This document shows positions 22,195-33,338 of a DNA stretch of 52,521 nt, in pieces. Made by a program: the position numbers and the translations under genes. How positions within the stretch are numbered: the stretch's first letter is position 1; the number at the start of each line of letters is the position of its first letter. The notes beneath the pieces were generated by a model. It did no database searches. It saw nothing but the letters and a program-made list of their open reading frames with translations, and was not told the DNA's origin. The DNA comes from Actinomycetota bacterium (GTDB taxonomy: Bacteria > Actinomycetota > Actinomycetes > Nanopelagicales > Nanopelagicaceae), in NCBI GenBank assembly GCA_041181205.1, contig JBEGPY010000001.1, positions 1-52,521 on the forward strand. Reading direction: 5' to 3'.

Positions 22195-22669
22195 TTTCAA
22201 AGAGCAGATTATTGTGGGCTAGATATAGACGCAGCTCTTCAACACTGCAACCTATGGTGATGGTCAGAAAATCAATATCACTTTTGCGCAAAGATAAGAT
22301 TTCACCATTGAAGTCCTGGCGTTCCTTAATGATTCCGAAAAGAAATGAAAATAGGATCTTTTGAGTAGATGCGGCATTGCCTTCAGAGTGAGAAAGAGAT
22401 CTCACTCTGCGCAGATCAATCATGATACTTTTTTCAATGCTTTGTGTTGGTGAATGGCCAGTTAGGAGATATGACAAAGGGACTTCATAAAAATCCGATA
22501 ATTGGACTGCTTTCTTCACACTCAATGTTCTATCCCCGCGCTCATAGGAGCCAAGGGCCACTGCTCGTAACTGCTTGTGGCTTTTGCTTTCAACATCGGC
22601 CAAGGTCAGATTGCGGGAGATGCGGATTGATCGAAGTCGTGCGGCTATTTCTTCCATTTCTATGTTCAT
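22172..22669 (-). CDS. bldD: BldD-family XRE transcriptional regulator
   Basis: XRE HTH with GSYERGDR and DFYEVP; C-terminal [15 protein letters not shown] matches RXD-X8-RXXD; located between nusB and pyrR as in Streptomyces. Confidence 0.88.
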   Translation of the reverse strand: MNIEMEEIAARLRSIRISRNLTLADVESKSHKQLRAVALGSYERGDRTLSVKKAVQLSDFYEVPLSYLLTGHSPTQSIEKSIMIDLRRVRSLSHSEGNAASTQKILFSFLFGIIKERQDFNGEILSLRKSDIDFLTITIGCSVEELRLYLAHNNLLFETKGTSSL

Positions 22670-22732
22670 GGGGCAAGGCTATGGATGTGATGCCACACCC
22701 ATGTTTGGATATCCACAGAGCCCGGCAGTTGC

Positions 22733-22741
22733 TGATATAGT
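22733..22741 (+). promoter_or_regulatory. Extended -10 promoter of the pyr operon
   Basis: TGaTATAGT about 10 nt upstream of the PyrR-binding element. Confidence 0.65.
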
Positions 22742-22751
22742 CTGCCCCGCA

Positions 22752-22787
22752 TCCTTTAACGACCCATCCTGCGAGGTGGGGAAGGAG
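22752..22787 (+). promoter_or_regulatory. PyrR-binding RNA stem-loop overlapping the pyrR Shine-Dalgarno
   Basis: TCCTTTAA-cga-CCCATCCTGCGAGGTGGG-GAAGGAG: CCTTTAA element, UCCnGnGAGG loop motif, lower stem pairs with the AAGGA SD. Confidence 0.85.
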
Positions 22788-22793
22788 ATTCAT

Positions 22794-23327
22794 ATGAGCG
22801 TAGCCCTGTCCGCACAGGATATTTCACGTGCGTTGATACGCATTTCCCATGAGATTTTAGAAAGAAATCATGGTTCATCAGATATCACCCTCTTAGGTAT
22901 TCCAACTCGTGGTGCTCACTTAGCTGCGCGTATAGCAGCGATTATGAACTCAATTGAAGGCAAAGAGATTGCCCATGGAACCTTAGACATCACTTTGTAT
23001 AGAGATGATCTGCGCCTTCGACCTCCGCGCACGATCATGCCTACATTTATTCCACCTATAGGAATTCAAGGGCGAGATGTCATTTTGATTGATGATGTCT
23101 TGTATTCAGGACGCACAATACGAGCAGCCTTAGATGCTCTGGGAGAAGTGGGACGTCCACGCACAGTGCAGTTAGCTGTTCTAGTTGATAGAGGACATCG
23201 CCAGCTACCTATTCGAGCAGACTTTGTGGGTAAAAACCTTCCAACCTCAGAGAAGCAATCAGTAAAGGTCTCTCTGACTGAAATCGATGGCGTCGATGAG
23301 GTTGTTATCGAAGGGGAGGCAAACTAA
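22794..23327 (+). CDS. pyrR: Pyrimidine operon regulator / uracil phosphoribosyltransferase PyrR
   Basis: [35 protein letters not shown]; SD GAAGGAG before ATG 22794. Confidence 0.96.
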   Translation: MSVALSAQDISRALIRISHEILERNHGSSDITLLGIPTRGAHLAARIAAIMNSIEGKEIAHGTLDITLYRDDLRLRPPRTIMPTFIPPIGIQGRDVILIDDVLYSGRTIRAALDALGEVGRPRTVQLAVLVDRGHRQLPIRADFVGKNLPTSEKQSVKVSLTEIDGVDEVVIEGEAN

Positions 23328-24277
23328 TGCGCCATCTACTCTCCATTAACGATTTGAGTGCAACAGATGCAATCGGAATTCTCGATACTGCAACAGAGCT
23401 AGCACGCCTCAATGAGGGGCAAGTTAAGAAGCTGCCAACGCTACGAGGTCGCACGATAGTTAATCTCTTTGCAGAGGATTCAACGAGAACTCGAATCTCA
23501 TTTGAAGCTGCAGCAAAACGTCTCTCAGCCGATGTCATTAACTTCTCAGCCAAAGGTTCTAGTTTGAGTAAGGGTGAATCACTCAAAGACACTGCACAAA
23601 CCCTGCAAGCGATGGGCGCAGATGCTGTGGTAATTCGCCATTCTGCATCAGGTGCTGCACAGCGTTTGGCTGACCTTGAATGGATGTCAGGAAGTGTTAT
23701 CAATGCCGGCGATGGCACACATGAACACCCAAGCCAAGCTCTTCTAGATGCCTTCACGATTCGCAAACATCTGGGTAAGGGAGCAAGTGATCTGACTGGG
23801 TTGCGCATTGCCATCGTTGGTGATGTCCTGCACTCGCGTGTTGCACGATCGAATGTATTACTACTCTCAATGCTTGGCGCAGATGTTGTTCTTGTTGCGC
23901 CACCAACCTTGCTTCCGGTGGGTGTTGAAAGTTGGCCAGCAACTATCTCGTATGACTTTGATGCAGTTATTCCAAATGTTGATGCGATCATGATGTTGCG
24001 CGTGCAGCAAGAACGAATGAGCGATCTCTTCTTTCCTAATTCACGTGAATATTCACGCTACTTCGGTCTTAATTCAGAGAGAATGTCAGCTATGGCAAAA
24101 CACGCAATTGTCATGCACCCCGGACCAATGAACCGAGGTTTAGAAATAGCGGCAGACGTGGCAGATAGTGCGCGTTCAGTCATAGTTGAACAAGTAACTA
24201 ATGGAGTCAATGTGCGAATGGCAATCTTGTATGTATTGCTCGCAGGTGGACCTCTAGAAGTGGGGAGCAACTCATGA
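23327..24277 (+). CDS. pyrB: Aspartate carbamoyltransferase catalytic subunit
   Basis: [33 protein letters not shown]. Confidence 0.97.
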   Translation: MRHLLSINDLSATDAIGILDTATELARLNEGQVKKLPTLRGRTIVNLFAEDSTRTRISFEAAAKRLSADVINFSAKGSSLSKGESLKDTAQTLQAMGADAVVIRHSASGAAQRLADLEWMSGSVINAGDGTHEHPSQALLDAFTIRKHLGKGASDLTGLRIAIVGDVLHSRVARSNVLLLSMLGADVVLVAPPTLLPVGVESWPATISYDFDAVIPNVDAIMMLRVQQERMSDLFFPNSREYSRYFGLNSERMSAMAKHAIVMHPGPMNRGLEIAADVADSARSVIVEQVTNGVNVRMAILYVLLAGGPLEVGSNS

Positions 24278-25581
24278 GTCAGCAACGTTACTTACTAAAG
24301 GGTGGAAAAATACTTGGACGAAAGGCCACTGATGTTTTAATGGCTCATGGTCGAATTGAAGCAATGTCAGCTTCGATTTCTGATGATGCAGCAACTGTTA
24401 TTGATCTTAAGGACAGTATCGTCTTGCCGGGCCTTGTTGATTTACACACTCATCTGCGTGAACCAGGACGAGAAGATAGCGAAACTGTTGCAAGTGCTAG
24501 TCGTGCGGGGGCAAAAGGTGGTTTCACCGCACTTTCTGCAATGGCTAATACTTCACCGGTTGCCGACACAGCTGGCGTTGTTGAGCAGGTCTATCGCTTA
24601 GGACAAGAAGCTGGATTCCTAGATGTCTTTCCAATCGGCGCTGTCACACAAGGTCTTAAGGGTGAGCAGCTCTCCGAAATAGGTGCGATGGCCGATTCAC
24701 TAGCACGTGTGCGTGTCTTTAGTGATGATGGTAATTGCGTCTTTGATCCACTTGTAATGCGCAGAGCATTGGAATACATCAAGAAATTTGATGGCGTCAT
24801 TGCACAACATGCACAGGAACCTCGCTTAACAGTTGGTTCTCAAATGAATGAAGGAATTGTAAGCTCAAAGCTGGGTCTAAAGGGCTGGCCAGCTATCGCT
24901 GAAGAAGCAATCATCGCAAGAGATGTTTTGCTAGCTGAGCACGTGCAATCGCGGCTACACATCTGCCACGTCACAACCGCCGGGGGAGTTGAAATCATTC
25001 GCTGGGCTAAAGCACGTGGCATTCAAGTTACTGCTGAAGTAACACCTCACCACTTATTACTAACAGATGATCTAGCAAGCTCTTATGATCCTGTCTTTAA
25101 AGTCAATCCTCCGCTGCGCACAACTAAAGATGTTATGGCCCTTCGTGAAGGTTTATCGGATGGCACAATCGATATCGTCGCTACGGATCACGCACCGCAC
25201 ACAAGTGAAACTAAAGATTGTGAATGGGCAGAAGCATCATTTGGAATGATTGGGCTAGAAACAGCTCTCTCAATCGTTAACAAAACCATGGTTGAGAGTG
25301 GGCTTTTGGATTGGGCTGGAGTTGCAGATCGTATGTCGAGTGCTCCAGCAAAAATTGGGCATTATTCAAATCATGGGCAAAATCTAGCGGTGGGTTCTGT
25401 CGCACATATCACTGTGATTAATCCAACCAAGAGTTGGATAGTAGATCGCGATTTGGTAGTTTCGAAGAGTCGCAATACTCCATATCATGGCTATGAATTA
25501 CCAGGCTTAGTTACTCACACTTTCTTTGGTGGTCGAGCAACAATGATTGATTCGAGAATAGTGGACACGGTGGTGCAGTAA
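24274..25581 (+). CDS. pyrC: Dihydroorotase
   Basis: [30 protein letters not shown]. Confidence 0.96.
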   Translation: MSQQRYLLKGGKILGRKATDVLMAHGRIEAMSASISDDAATVIDLKDSIVLPGLVDLHTHLREPGREDSETVASASRAGAKGGFTALSAMANTSPVADTAGVVEQVYRLGQEAGFLDVFPIGAVTQGLKGEQLSEIGAMADSLARVRVFSDDGNCVFDPLVMRRALEYIKKFDGVIAQHAQEPRLTVGSQMNEGIVSSKLGLKGWPAIAEEAIIARDVLLAEHVQSRLHICHVTTAGGVEIIRWAKARGIQVTAEVTPHHLLLTDDLASSYDPVFKVNPPLRTTKDVMALREGLSDGTIDIVATDHAPHTSETKDCEWAEASFGMIGLETALSIVNKTMVESGLLDWAGVADRMSSAPAKIGHYSNHGQNLAVGSVAHITVINPTKSWIVDRDLVVSKSRNTPYHGYELPGLVTHTFFGGRATMIDSRIVDTVVQ

Positions 25582-26696
25582 TGACGCAGGCATTCCTTGT
25601 TCTAGATGACGGCAGAATCTTTGAAGGTCGCCCATGGGGAGCAACCGGGCGAACCTTTGGTGAAGCGGTCTTCCAAACCGGAATGACGGGTTATCAAGAA
25701 ACGCTGACTGATCCTTCATACCACAAGCAGGTTGTTGTTATGACTGCGCCGCATATTGGTAACACCGGTATGAATACACAAGATAATGAATCTTCGAAGA
25801 TTTGGGTGGCTGGTTATGTAGTACGTAATCCATCCACGTTGACATCTAATTGGCGCTCAGAAAAAGATTTAGAAGCAGAGCTAATTGGGCAGGCTATTGT
25901 TGGAATCCAAGGTGTCGATACGCGTGCAATTACTCGTCATCTGCGCGAACGCGGGTCAATGCGCGTTGGAATATTTTCAAGCTTGGAACTCACACGCGAA
26001 GAGATGGTCGTTGAAGTGCGTAAATCTCCTCAAATGGCAGGTGCGTATCTTGTTAAAGATGTTTCAACGCCTAAGACCTATGTTGTTCCATCTATCGGCA
26101 AGAAGAAATATGTGGTTGCAGCCCTAGATCTTGGTATAAAGGCTGCCACGCCAAGAATGTTGGCTGAACGTGGCGTGGAAGTTCATGTGATGCCATATGA
26201 CTCAACGTTTGAAGATATACAAGCAATACATCCAGATGGTGTTTTCCTATCCAATGGTCCTGGAGATCCAGCAACTATGACTGAGACAATCGAGTTAGTT
26301 CGAACAGTCTTAGCTGCTCATATTCCTATCTTTGGCATTTGTTTTGGGCATCAAATCCTTGGTCGCGCCCTGGGCTTTGAAACCTATAAGTTGCAGTTTG
26401 GTCATCGAGGTATTAATCAACCTGTTATTGATAAGAACACGCAAAAGGTTGAAATCACTGCTCACAATCATGGTTTTGCATTGAAAGCACCCACTGATGC
26501 TGCATTCACAACGGTGTATGGACCTGGAGAGGTTACACATGTGTGTTTGAACGATGGCGTAGTAGAAGGTTTGCAACTACTTGAAGGTGCTGCCTTTTCT
26601 GTTCAGTATCACCCTGAGGCCGCAGCTGGACCACATGATGCGGCATACCTCTTTGATCGCTTTATAGATTTGATGGGTAAGAGAGTGAAGGTCTAA
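25581..26696 (+). CDS. carA: Carbamoyl-phosphate synthase small subunit
   Basis: [31 protein letters not shown]. Confidence 0.97.
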   Translation: MTQAFLVLDDGRIFEGRPWGATGRTFGEAVFQTGMTGYQETLTDPSYHKQVVVMTAPHIGNTGMNTQDNESSKIWVAGYVVRNPSTLTSNWRSEKDLEAELIGQAIVGIQGVDTRAITRHLRERGSMRVGIFSSLELTREEMVVEVRKSPQMAGAYLVKDVSTPKTYVVPSIGKKKYVVAALDLGIKAATPRMLAERGVEVHVMPYDSTFEDIQAIHPDGVFLSNGPGDPATMTETIELVRTVLAAHIPIFGICFGHQILGRALGFETYKLQFGHRGINQPVIDKNTQKVEITAHNHGFALKAPTDAAFTTVYGPGEVTHVCLNDGVVEGLQLLEGAAFSVQYHPEAAAGPHDAAYLFDRFIDLMGKRVKV

Positions 26697-29600
26697 TGCC
26701 TCTAGATCCTTTGATAAAGAGCGTTCTAGTAATTGGTAGTGGTCCAATTGTTATTGGCCAAGCATGTGAATTCGATTATTCAGGAACCCAGGCTTGTCGT
26801 GTGCTTCGCGCAGAAGGCATTCGCGTCATTCTAGTTAACTCAAATCCTGCAACAATCATGACAGATCCAGAGTTTGCAGATGCCACATATATCGAACCCA
26901 TTACACCAGAGATCATCGAGCAGATCATTGCTTTAGAAAAGCCTGACGCTGTTCTTGCCACTTTAGGTGGTCAAACAGCGCTCAACGCAGCAATCGGTCT
27001 TTTTGAGCGCGGAACATTAGCTAAGTACGGTGTCAAACTTATTGGTGCTGATGTTGATGCAATTCAACGTGGTGAGAACCGTGAATTATTTAGAGGCATA
27101 GTTGAGAAAGTTGGGGGAGAGTCAGCCAAATCAATTATTTGCCACACCATGGAAGAGATCTTTGCCGCTGTTATACAACTTAATTACCCAGTCGTTGTGC
27201 GCCCATCTTTTACTATGGGTGGTCTTGGTTCAGGTATTGCGTTCAATGAAGAAGAGCTTTCACAAATTGCAGGAGCAGGTTTGCGCCATAGCCCAACTTC
27301 TGAGGTGCTACTCGAGGAATCGATTTTGGGTTGGAAAGAGTACGAGCTTGAGGTAATGCGTGATCATAAAGACAACGTGGTCATTGTTTGTACCATTGAG
27401 AATCTCGATCCAATGGGCGTTCACACAGGCGATTCCATCACCGTGGCCCCTGCAATGACTTTAACGGACGTTGAGTATCAAAAACTACGTGATTTATCTA
27501 TCGACATCATTCGCGAAGTTGGTGTTGCCACTGGTGGTTGCAATATTCAATTTGCAGTTAATCCTCACAATGGTCGAATCATTGTCATTGAGATGAACCC
27601 TAGAGTCTCTAGATCGAGTGCTTTAGCCTCAAAAGCCACTGGGTTTCCTATTGCAAAAATTGCTACAAAGCTTGCCATTGGTTACACCCTGGATGAGATC
27701 CAAAATGACATCACTAAAACCACGCCAGCTTCCTTTGAGCCGACTCTTGATTATGTCGTAGTTAAAGTTCCTCGCTTTGCTTTCGAGAAATTTGCCGATG
27801 CTGATCCTCGTTTAACAACAACTATGAAAAGTGTTGGCGAAGCAATGGCGATTGGTCGATCTTTCTCCGAGGCCCTGATGAAGGCGCTGCGCTCACTAGA
27901 GCGTAAGGAAGCTATCTTTAGTTGGTCACAGATAAGTGAACAAGAGAAACAAAACCTCTTAGTATCGATGAAAATTCCTACGGAGTATCGTCTGCAGCAA
28001 GTGCAAAAAGCGATGTGGGCTGGAGCATCAATTGAAGATGTCTTTGCAGCTACCAAGATTGATCCCTGGTACTTACGTCAGATTCAGATTATCAACGAAC
28101 AAGCCTTTGCCCTCACACAGCTGGGTGAGTTGACCGCTGAGAAGCTACGTGAAGCAAAGGGCAATGGATTCTCGGATATTCAAATAGCAACTTTGCGTGG
28201 GTTACAGGAAGAGGATGTGCGACGTGAACGCCATCATTTAGGGATTCGTCCGGTTTATAAGACAGTCGACACATGCGCAGCAGAGTTTGAAGCATTCACG
28301 CCATATCACTACTCAAGTTATGAAGAAGAAACTGAAGTGAAGCCTCGCACCACACCCGCAGTCATCATTCTAGGTAGTGGTCCTAATCGAATTGGACAAG
28401 GCATTGAGTTCGACTATTCATGTGTGCATGCTTCCTTTGTTTTACGTGAAGCTGGATATGAAACCATTATGGTTAACTGCAACCCTGAAACTGTTTCAAC
28501 AGATTATGACACCAGTAATCGTCTCTACTTCGAACCATTAACTTTAGAAGATGTGATTGAAGTCGTTCACGCTGAGTCACTTGCCGGTCCGGTTCTTGGT
28601 GTTATCACCCAGTTAGGTGGACAGACTCCGCTCGGACTTGCTGCAGGATTAAAGGCTGCTGGAATCACCATTCTTGGAACATCACCGGATGCAATCAACT
28701 TGGCTGAAGAGCGCGGTGCATTTGGAAATATCCTTAAGCAGCAGGGCCTAACCGCTCCAGAGTTCGGCATGGCAGCTTCGCAGTTGGAAGCGATCACCAT
28801 TGCCCAAAGAATTGGCTATCCAGTATTAGTGCGTCCTTCCTTTGTTCTGGGCGGGCGCGGCATGGAAATTGTTTATGACGATACTGCTTTGGGCGGGTTC
28901 ATCACGAGAGCGACAGATATTACGCCTGATCATCCAGTTTTAGTAGATAGATTCTTAGATAGCGCCATTGAAATTGATGTGGATGCACTCTTTGATGGAG
29001 ACGATCTATTTTTGGGTGGTGTGATGGAACACATCGAGGAAGCAGGAATTCATAGTGGTGACAGTGCTTGCGTGCTGCCATCAATGACTGTTACGGCGGC
29101 GCAACTCGTAGAAATTCGCCAGGCAACTGAGAAGATTGCTCGTGGTGTGGACGTGCGCGGATTAATCAATATTCAGTTCGCTATTGCTGGCAATACTTTG
29201 TATGTACTTGAAGCCAATCCTCGAGCCTCTCGCACAGTTCCATTTGTTTCTAAAGCAACAGGAGTACCGTTGGCTAAAGCAGCAGCTCGTATAGCAGTTG
29301 GTTCAACGATCGCCCAGCTACGTGAAGAGAAACTTCTCCCAGCAGCAGGCGATGGAATAGCTAAAGGAATCTCGGTGAAGGAAGCCGTGCTTCCATGGAA
29401 TCGATTCCGTAGAAGTGATGGTCGTGGAGTCGATTCTGTACTTGGACCAGAGATGCGCTCTACTGGAGAAGTAATGGGTATCTCTCCAGCTTTTGGTGAG
29501 AGTTATGCCAAAAGCCAGATTGCAGCGTTCGGACCCCTGCCTAAGTCGGGGACAGTTTTTATCTCCTTGGCCGACAAAGACAAGGAATCTGGTATCCAAG

Positions 29601-29956
29601 CAGCACTAGGTTTGCAAGAGTGCGGGTTTAGAATTTTAGCCACGGAGGGAACTGCAGCCTTTTTAAATACCCATGGCGTAACGTGCGTGACTGTGCGAAA
29701 GAACTCTGAGGGTACTGGGCCAATGGGCGAGAGAACTATTGTTGAAATAATCAACTCTGGGGATATTGATTTAGTCATCAACACACCAGTCGGTAGAGGG
29801 ACGCGCCAAGATGGCTGGGCGATTCGTACTGCTTCAGTGCAACGATCCATTCCGATTATCACCACAACAGCGGGTTTTAGCGCAGCAGTTGAGGGTATTC
29901 GATTCTTGCAAAGTAATAACCTTTCCATTAGATCTCTACAAAAATGGTTGGGTTGA
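26696..29956 (+). CDS. carB: Carbamoyl-phosphate synthase large subunit
   Basis: [17 protein letters not shown], two ATP-grasp domains ([19 protein letters not shown]), C-terminal MGS domain. Confidence 0.98.
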   Translation: MPLDPLIKSVLVIGSGPIVIGQACEFDYSGTQACRVLRAEGIRVILVNSNPATIMTDPEFADATYIEPITPEIIEQIIALEKPDAVLATLGGQTALNAAIGLFERGTLAKYGVKLIGADVDAIQRGENRELFRGIVEKVGGESAKSIICHTMEEIFAAVIQLNYPVVVRPSFTMGGLGSGIAFNEEELSQIAGAGLRHSPTSEVLLEESILGWKEYELEVMRDHKDNVVIVCTIENLDPMGVHTGDSITVAPAMTLTDVEYQKLRDLSIDIIREVGVATGGCNIQFAVNPHNGRIIVIEMNPRVSRSSALASKATGFPIAKIATKLAIGYTLDEIQNDITKTTPASFEPTLDYVVVKVPRFAFEKFADADPRLTTTMKSVGEAMAIGRSFSEALMKALRSLERKEAIFSWSQISEQEKQNLLVSMKIPTEYRLQQVQKAMWAGASIEDVFAATKIDPWYLRQIQIINEQAFALTQLGELTAEKLREAKGNGFSDIQIATLRGLQEEDVRRERHHLGIRPVYKTVDTCAAEFEAFTPYHYSSYEEETEVKPRTTPAVIILGSGPNRIGQGIEFDYSCVHASFVLREAGYETIMVNCNPETVSTDYDTSNRLYFEPLTLEDVIEVVHAESLAGPVLGVITQLGGQTPLGLAAGLKAAGITILGTSPDAINLAEERGAFGNILKQQGLTAPEFGMAASQLEAITIAQRIGYPVLVRPSFVLGGRGMEIVYDDTALGGFITRATDITPDHPVLVDRFLDSAIEIDVDALFDGDDLFLGGVMEHIEEAGIHSGDSACVLPSMTVTAAQLVEIRQATEKIARGVDVRGLINIQFAIAGNTLYVLEANPRASRTVPFVSKATGVPLAKAAARIAVGSTIAQLREEKLLPAAGDGIAKGISVKEAVLPWNRFRRSDGRGVDSVLGPEMRSTGEVMGISPAFGESYAKSQIAAFGPLPKSGTVFISLADKDKESGIQAALGLQECGFRILATEGTAAFLNTHGVTCVTVRKNSEGTGPMGERTIVEIINSGDIDLVINTPVGRGTRQDGWAIRTASVQRSIPIITTTAGFSAAVEGIRFLQSNNLSIRSLQKWLG

Positions 29957-29957
29957 A

Positions 29958-30794
29958 ATGGCTAGCATCAATAAGAATGCTGCGCAAATTCGCGCAAATG
30001 TTGTCAGCAATAAACGAGTAGGGCAGTACAACCAACTTATTATCAATATTGGTGATCTAGCTCAGGTTTGTAAGCCTGGAAATTTTGCAGCAATAAGTGT
30101 CGGTGGCGAGAATTCACGGATGATATTGCGTAGAGCTTTTGCAATATCTCGAGTTTCAGCTAACTCTGTCTCTGGCGGAACAATGGAGTTGATTGTTGCA
30201 CCTCATGGTCAGGGAAGTAAGTGGTTGTGCGCGCAAGGAGAAGGTGCGATCTTAGATATCGTCGTTCCACTTGGAACTGCCTTTGGAATTCCAACTGAAC
30301 CGGTTCAAGTCTTATTAGTTGGTGGTGGGTATGGATCAGCGCCTCTTTTTGGTTTAGCTGAAGTTCTTAACGCCAAGGGTTGTCGCGTAGATATGTTGCT
30401 TGGTGCAAGTACTGCATCAAAAATATATGCACCTATGGAGGGCAAGCGTGCAGTCAATTCACTGCGCATCTATACCGAAGATGGTTCTATGGGTCAGAGC
30501 GGCCGCGTAACCGAACCCATTGCTGGACTGATTGCAGATCTCAATATTGCAGTTATATATTCGTGTGGTCCCATGGCAATGCTCTCAGCTATCGATGAGA
30601 TAACACGTAGTACTGATGTAGTCCACCAATGCGCGGTGGAAGAGTCAATGGCCTGCGGTATCGGAATTTGCATGACATGCGTATTACCTGTTGCTGATAA
30701 CAATGGAAATATTTCAATGTTGCGCTCTTGTGTTGATGGACCAGTAATGGATGGTTCTTTAGTTCAGTGGGACAAAGTTGGTAAAGCTCTATGA
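29958..30794 (+). CDS. pyrK: Dihydroorotate dehydrogenase electron transfer subunit
   Basis: GGGYGSAP, SCGP, [2Fe-2S] motif MACGIGICMTC...CVDGPV. Confidence 0.92.
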   Translation: MASINKNAAQIRANVVSNKRVGQYNQLIINIGDLAQVCKPGNFAAISVGGENSRMILRRAFAISRVSANSVSGGTMELIVAPHGQGSKWLCAQGEGAILDIVVPLGTAFGIPTEPVQVLLVGGGYGSAPLFGLAEVLNAKGCRVDMLLGASTASKIYAPMEGKRAVNSLRIYTEDGSMGQSGRVTEPIAGLIADLNIAVIYSCGPMAMLSAIDEITRSTDVVHQCAVEESMACGIGICMTCVLPVADNNGNISMLRSCVDGPVMDGSLVQWDKVGKAL

Positions 30795-31729
30795 CAGCCC
30801 TGGATTTCTCAACAACTTTAGGAAACGCTTGGTTTCCGGCTCCCACTTTCACAGCAAGCGGTTGCGCTAGTTCAGGGCGTGAGTTATCTCAATTTTTTGA
30901 TATCACGACAATGGGTGGAGTGGTGACAAAGTCAGTCATGCTCAAAGCACGTAATGGGCGGGCAACACCACGCATGGCTGAAACACCTAGTGGCATGCTC
31001 AACTCCATCGGCTTGCAGGGCCCTGGAATAGATGCATTCCTAGCTAAAGATGTTCCCTATCTTGTTGAACAAAAGGCGAGAATCATTATTTCAATTGCAG
31101 GTGAAACTATTGAAGAGTATTCAACTCTGGCACGGAAGTTGCGCTCGGTTTCTGGCATTAGTGCAATAGAAGTCAATATTTCATGTCCCAACGTTGAAAA
31201 TAGGGGATTGGTCTTTGCCTGTGATCCAGAAGCATCGCGGCGAGTTATCGACGGTGTGCGCAGAACTATTGGGGGCGAGTTACCGATAATTGCGAAATTA
31301 TCACCTGATGTGACAGATCTTGTTTCTATCGCTCGCGGTGTTGTCGAAGCTGGTGCAGATGGATTAGCGTTAATCAATACGGTTTTGGGAATGGTTATCA
31401 ATCTAGACACAATGCGTCCGCATCTAGGTGGTAAAACTGGTGGTTTATCTGGCCCAGCTATCAAGCCAATTGCAGTCAGAGCGGTTTATCAAGTCCACGC
31501 TGAGATGCCACAAGTTCCAATTCTTGGAATGGGCGGTATTTCAAATGGTCGTGATGCACTGGAAATGATTGCTGCCGGTGCTAGCGGGGTCTCTATAGGA
31601 ACGGCTAGCTTTGGTAATCCAACAGCGATCATGTCGATTCAAAATGAACTTAAGGATTTGTTGATTGCTAAAGGTTTCACGTCATTGCGCCAAGCGATTG
31701 GCTATGCACACCGACCAGAGAATGATTAG
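30791..31729 (+). CDS. pyrD: Dihydroorotate dehydrogenase class 1B catalytic subunit
   Basis: MLNSIGLQGPG, NISCPNV (catalytic Cys), KLSP, GGLSGPAIKP. Confidence 0.95.
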   Translation: MTALDFSTTLGNAWFPAPTFTASGCASSGRELSQFFDITTMGGVVTKSVMLKARNGRATPRMAETPSGMLNSIGLQGPGIDAFLAKDVPYLVEQKARIIISIAGETIEEYSTLARKLRSVSGISAIEVNISCPNVENRGLVFACDPEASRRVIDGVRRTIGGELPIIAKLSPDVTDLVSIARGVVEAGADGLALINTVLGMVINLDTMRPHLGGKTGGLSGPAIKPIAVRAVYQVHAEMPQVPILGMGGISNGRDALEMIAAGASGVSIGTASFGNPTAIMSIQNELKDLLIAKGFTSLRQAIGYAHRPEND

Positions 31730-32440
31730 ATGATGAATAAACCAGCGCCCATCGTTCTAGCTGTTGACACCAGTGATTTAGAGGTTGCCAAGCAGTGGGT
31801 GAGTGCAACAGATGGAGTTATCTCAGTAGTTAAATTGGGCTTAGAGTTCTATACCACTTTTGGTAACGAAGGAATCAAAGCCATTTCTGATAGTTGTGCG
31901 ACTGATATTTTCCTTGATTTAAAGCTGCACGACATTCCACACACAGTTGCAGGGGCTGCTCGTGCTGTTTCAACCTTGCGACCTAAGTTTCTAACGGTGC
32001 ACGCAGCAGGAGGAAGTGCGATGGTTCAGGCCGCAGCAGATGCAATGCCTGCAACGCACATTACAGGTGTGACGATTTTAACCTCGCTCTCTGAAAAAGA
32101 TGTCGCGGATATTGGATTTAGAGCCCACGCTTTAGATTCTGCTGTTGGTTTGGCAAAGATTGCGATCTCAGGTGGAGCAAGGGCAATCGTGTGTTCACCT
32201 CTTGAAATTTTGGCGATTCGCGAAAATCTTGGAGCTGACATAACCATCATCACTCCGGGCGTTCGTCCAGCCGATTCTGCAGGCGGTGATGATCAAGCAC
32301 GAACAATGACGCCACGTGAAGCTATCGATCGCGGAGCAAACTATGTCGTTATTGGCCGTCCTATAACGCAAAGTTTTGCAAATGGTGCTCAAGCCATGCG
32401 TGAGCGAGCAATAGAGCTTGCTGAGCAGATTCTCAATTAA
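31730..32440 (+). CDS. pyrF: Orotidine-5'-phosphate decarboxylase
   Basis: FLDLKLHDIPHTV, TPGVRP, DQAR, VIGRPI. Confidence 0.96.
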   Translation: MMNKPAPIVLAVDTSDLEVAKQWVSATDGVISVVKLGLEFYTTFGNEGIKAISDSCATDIFLDLKLHDIPHTVAGAARAVSTLRPKFLTVHAAGGSAMVQAAADAMPATHITGVTILTSLSEKDVADIGFRAHALDSAVGLAKIAISGGARAIVCSPLEILAIRENLGADITIITPGVRPADSAGGDDQARTMTPREAIDRGANYVVIGRPITQSFANGAQAMRERAIELAEQILN

Positions 32441-32465
32441 CTTCACATGCAGTTAGGGTTAGAGC

Positions 32466-33338
32466 ATGGGAGCACCTCCGATACTGACCCCGCAGCAACG
32501 CGCTGATGCGTTAGTCAAGGCTGCAACTTCCCGAAAGCGACGTGCCGAGGTCAAGTCAAAAATCAAATCAGGTGATTACACCATTGATGCTGTTTTAGAG
32601 CTGGCGCAGAAAGAAGATGCTGTAGCCAAGATGCGAGTACGAGAGCTATTGGAAGCCCTCTCTGGTGTTGGAAAAGTTCGAGCGCAGAGCCTTATGGAGA
32701 GATTAAATATCTCACCGACCCGTAGAATTCAAGGACTGGGTCGTCATCAAATTAAGGAACTGCGTAGCGAATTTATGAAAAGTACACATGCAGTCCGCGC
32801 AGGAAAGTTAATAGTTCTCTCCGGGCCAGGGGGAGTAGGCAAAAGTACAGTTGCTGCACTTTTGCGCAAATCTGGAGATTTCTGGGTCAGTGTTTCAGCA
32901 ACTACTAGACAACCACGAAACAATGAACTTAACGGAATCGATTATTTCTTCATTTCAAATGAGGAGTTCGATCGCAGAATCAAAGAAGATGAGTTTTTAG
33001 AATGGGCCCAGTTCGCTGGAAATCGTTATGGCACACCTAGTGTTGAAGTGAAGGATGCACTTTTGCGTGGTGAGAATGTGTTGCTGGAGATTGAAATCGA
33101 CGGTGCTAAGCAAGTGAAAGCACATCTGCCACAAGCAATTCTCGTATTTTTAGAGCCTCCTTCATGGGAGGAGTTAGTAGCTCGTCTTGAAGGTCGGGGA
33201 ACCGATGATCCAGAGAGAAGGGCTCAGCGGTTGCAGTTGGCCCAAGAAGAGCTTGCTGCAGCCTCATTTTTCGATCATGTCATCGTAAATGACGCCGTCG
33301 AGCGGGTCGTTGCACAACTGGTATCATTGGCCTCTTGA
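32466..33338 (+). CDS. gmk: Fusion: actinobacterial integration host factor (mIHF, aa ~1-103) + guanylate kinase
   Basis: N-terminal [13 protein letters not shown]...[12 protein letters not shown]...TRRIQGLG (mIHF-like) continues without a stop into [32 protein letters not shown]. Confidence 0.92.
   Translation: MGAPPILTPQQRADALVKAATSRKRRAEVKSKIKSGDYTIDAVLELAQKEDAVAKMRVRELLEALSGVGKVRAQSLMERLNISPTRRIQGLGRHQIKELRSEFMKSTHAVRAGKLIVLSGPGGVGKSTVAALLRKSGDFWVSVSATTRQPRNNELNGIDYFFISNEEFDRRIKEDEFLEWAQFAGNRYGTPSVEVKDALLRGENVLLEIEIDGAKQVKAHLPQAILVFLEPPSWEELVARLEGRGTDDPERRAQRLQLAQEELAAASFFDHVIVNDAVERVVAQLVSLAS

Noticed and set aside
22575-22793. 73-aa N-terminal extension of PyrR in the ORF track
   Set aside because: Overlaps bldD and the promoter; SD and PyrR element place the start at 22794. 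The extensions on aroC, pyrK, rpoZ and the NCS2 permease were trimmed for similar reasons
23305-23991. 228-aa antisense ORF opposite pyrB
   Set aside because: Fully overlaps a conserved gene, no recognisable motifs; typical antisense shadow ORF
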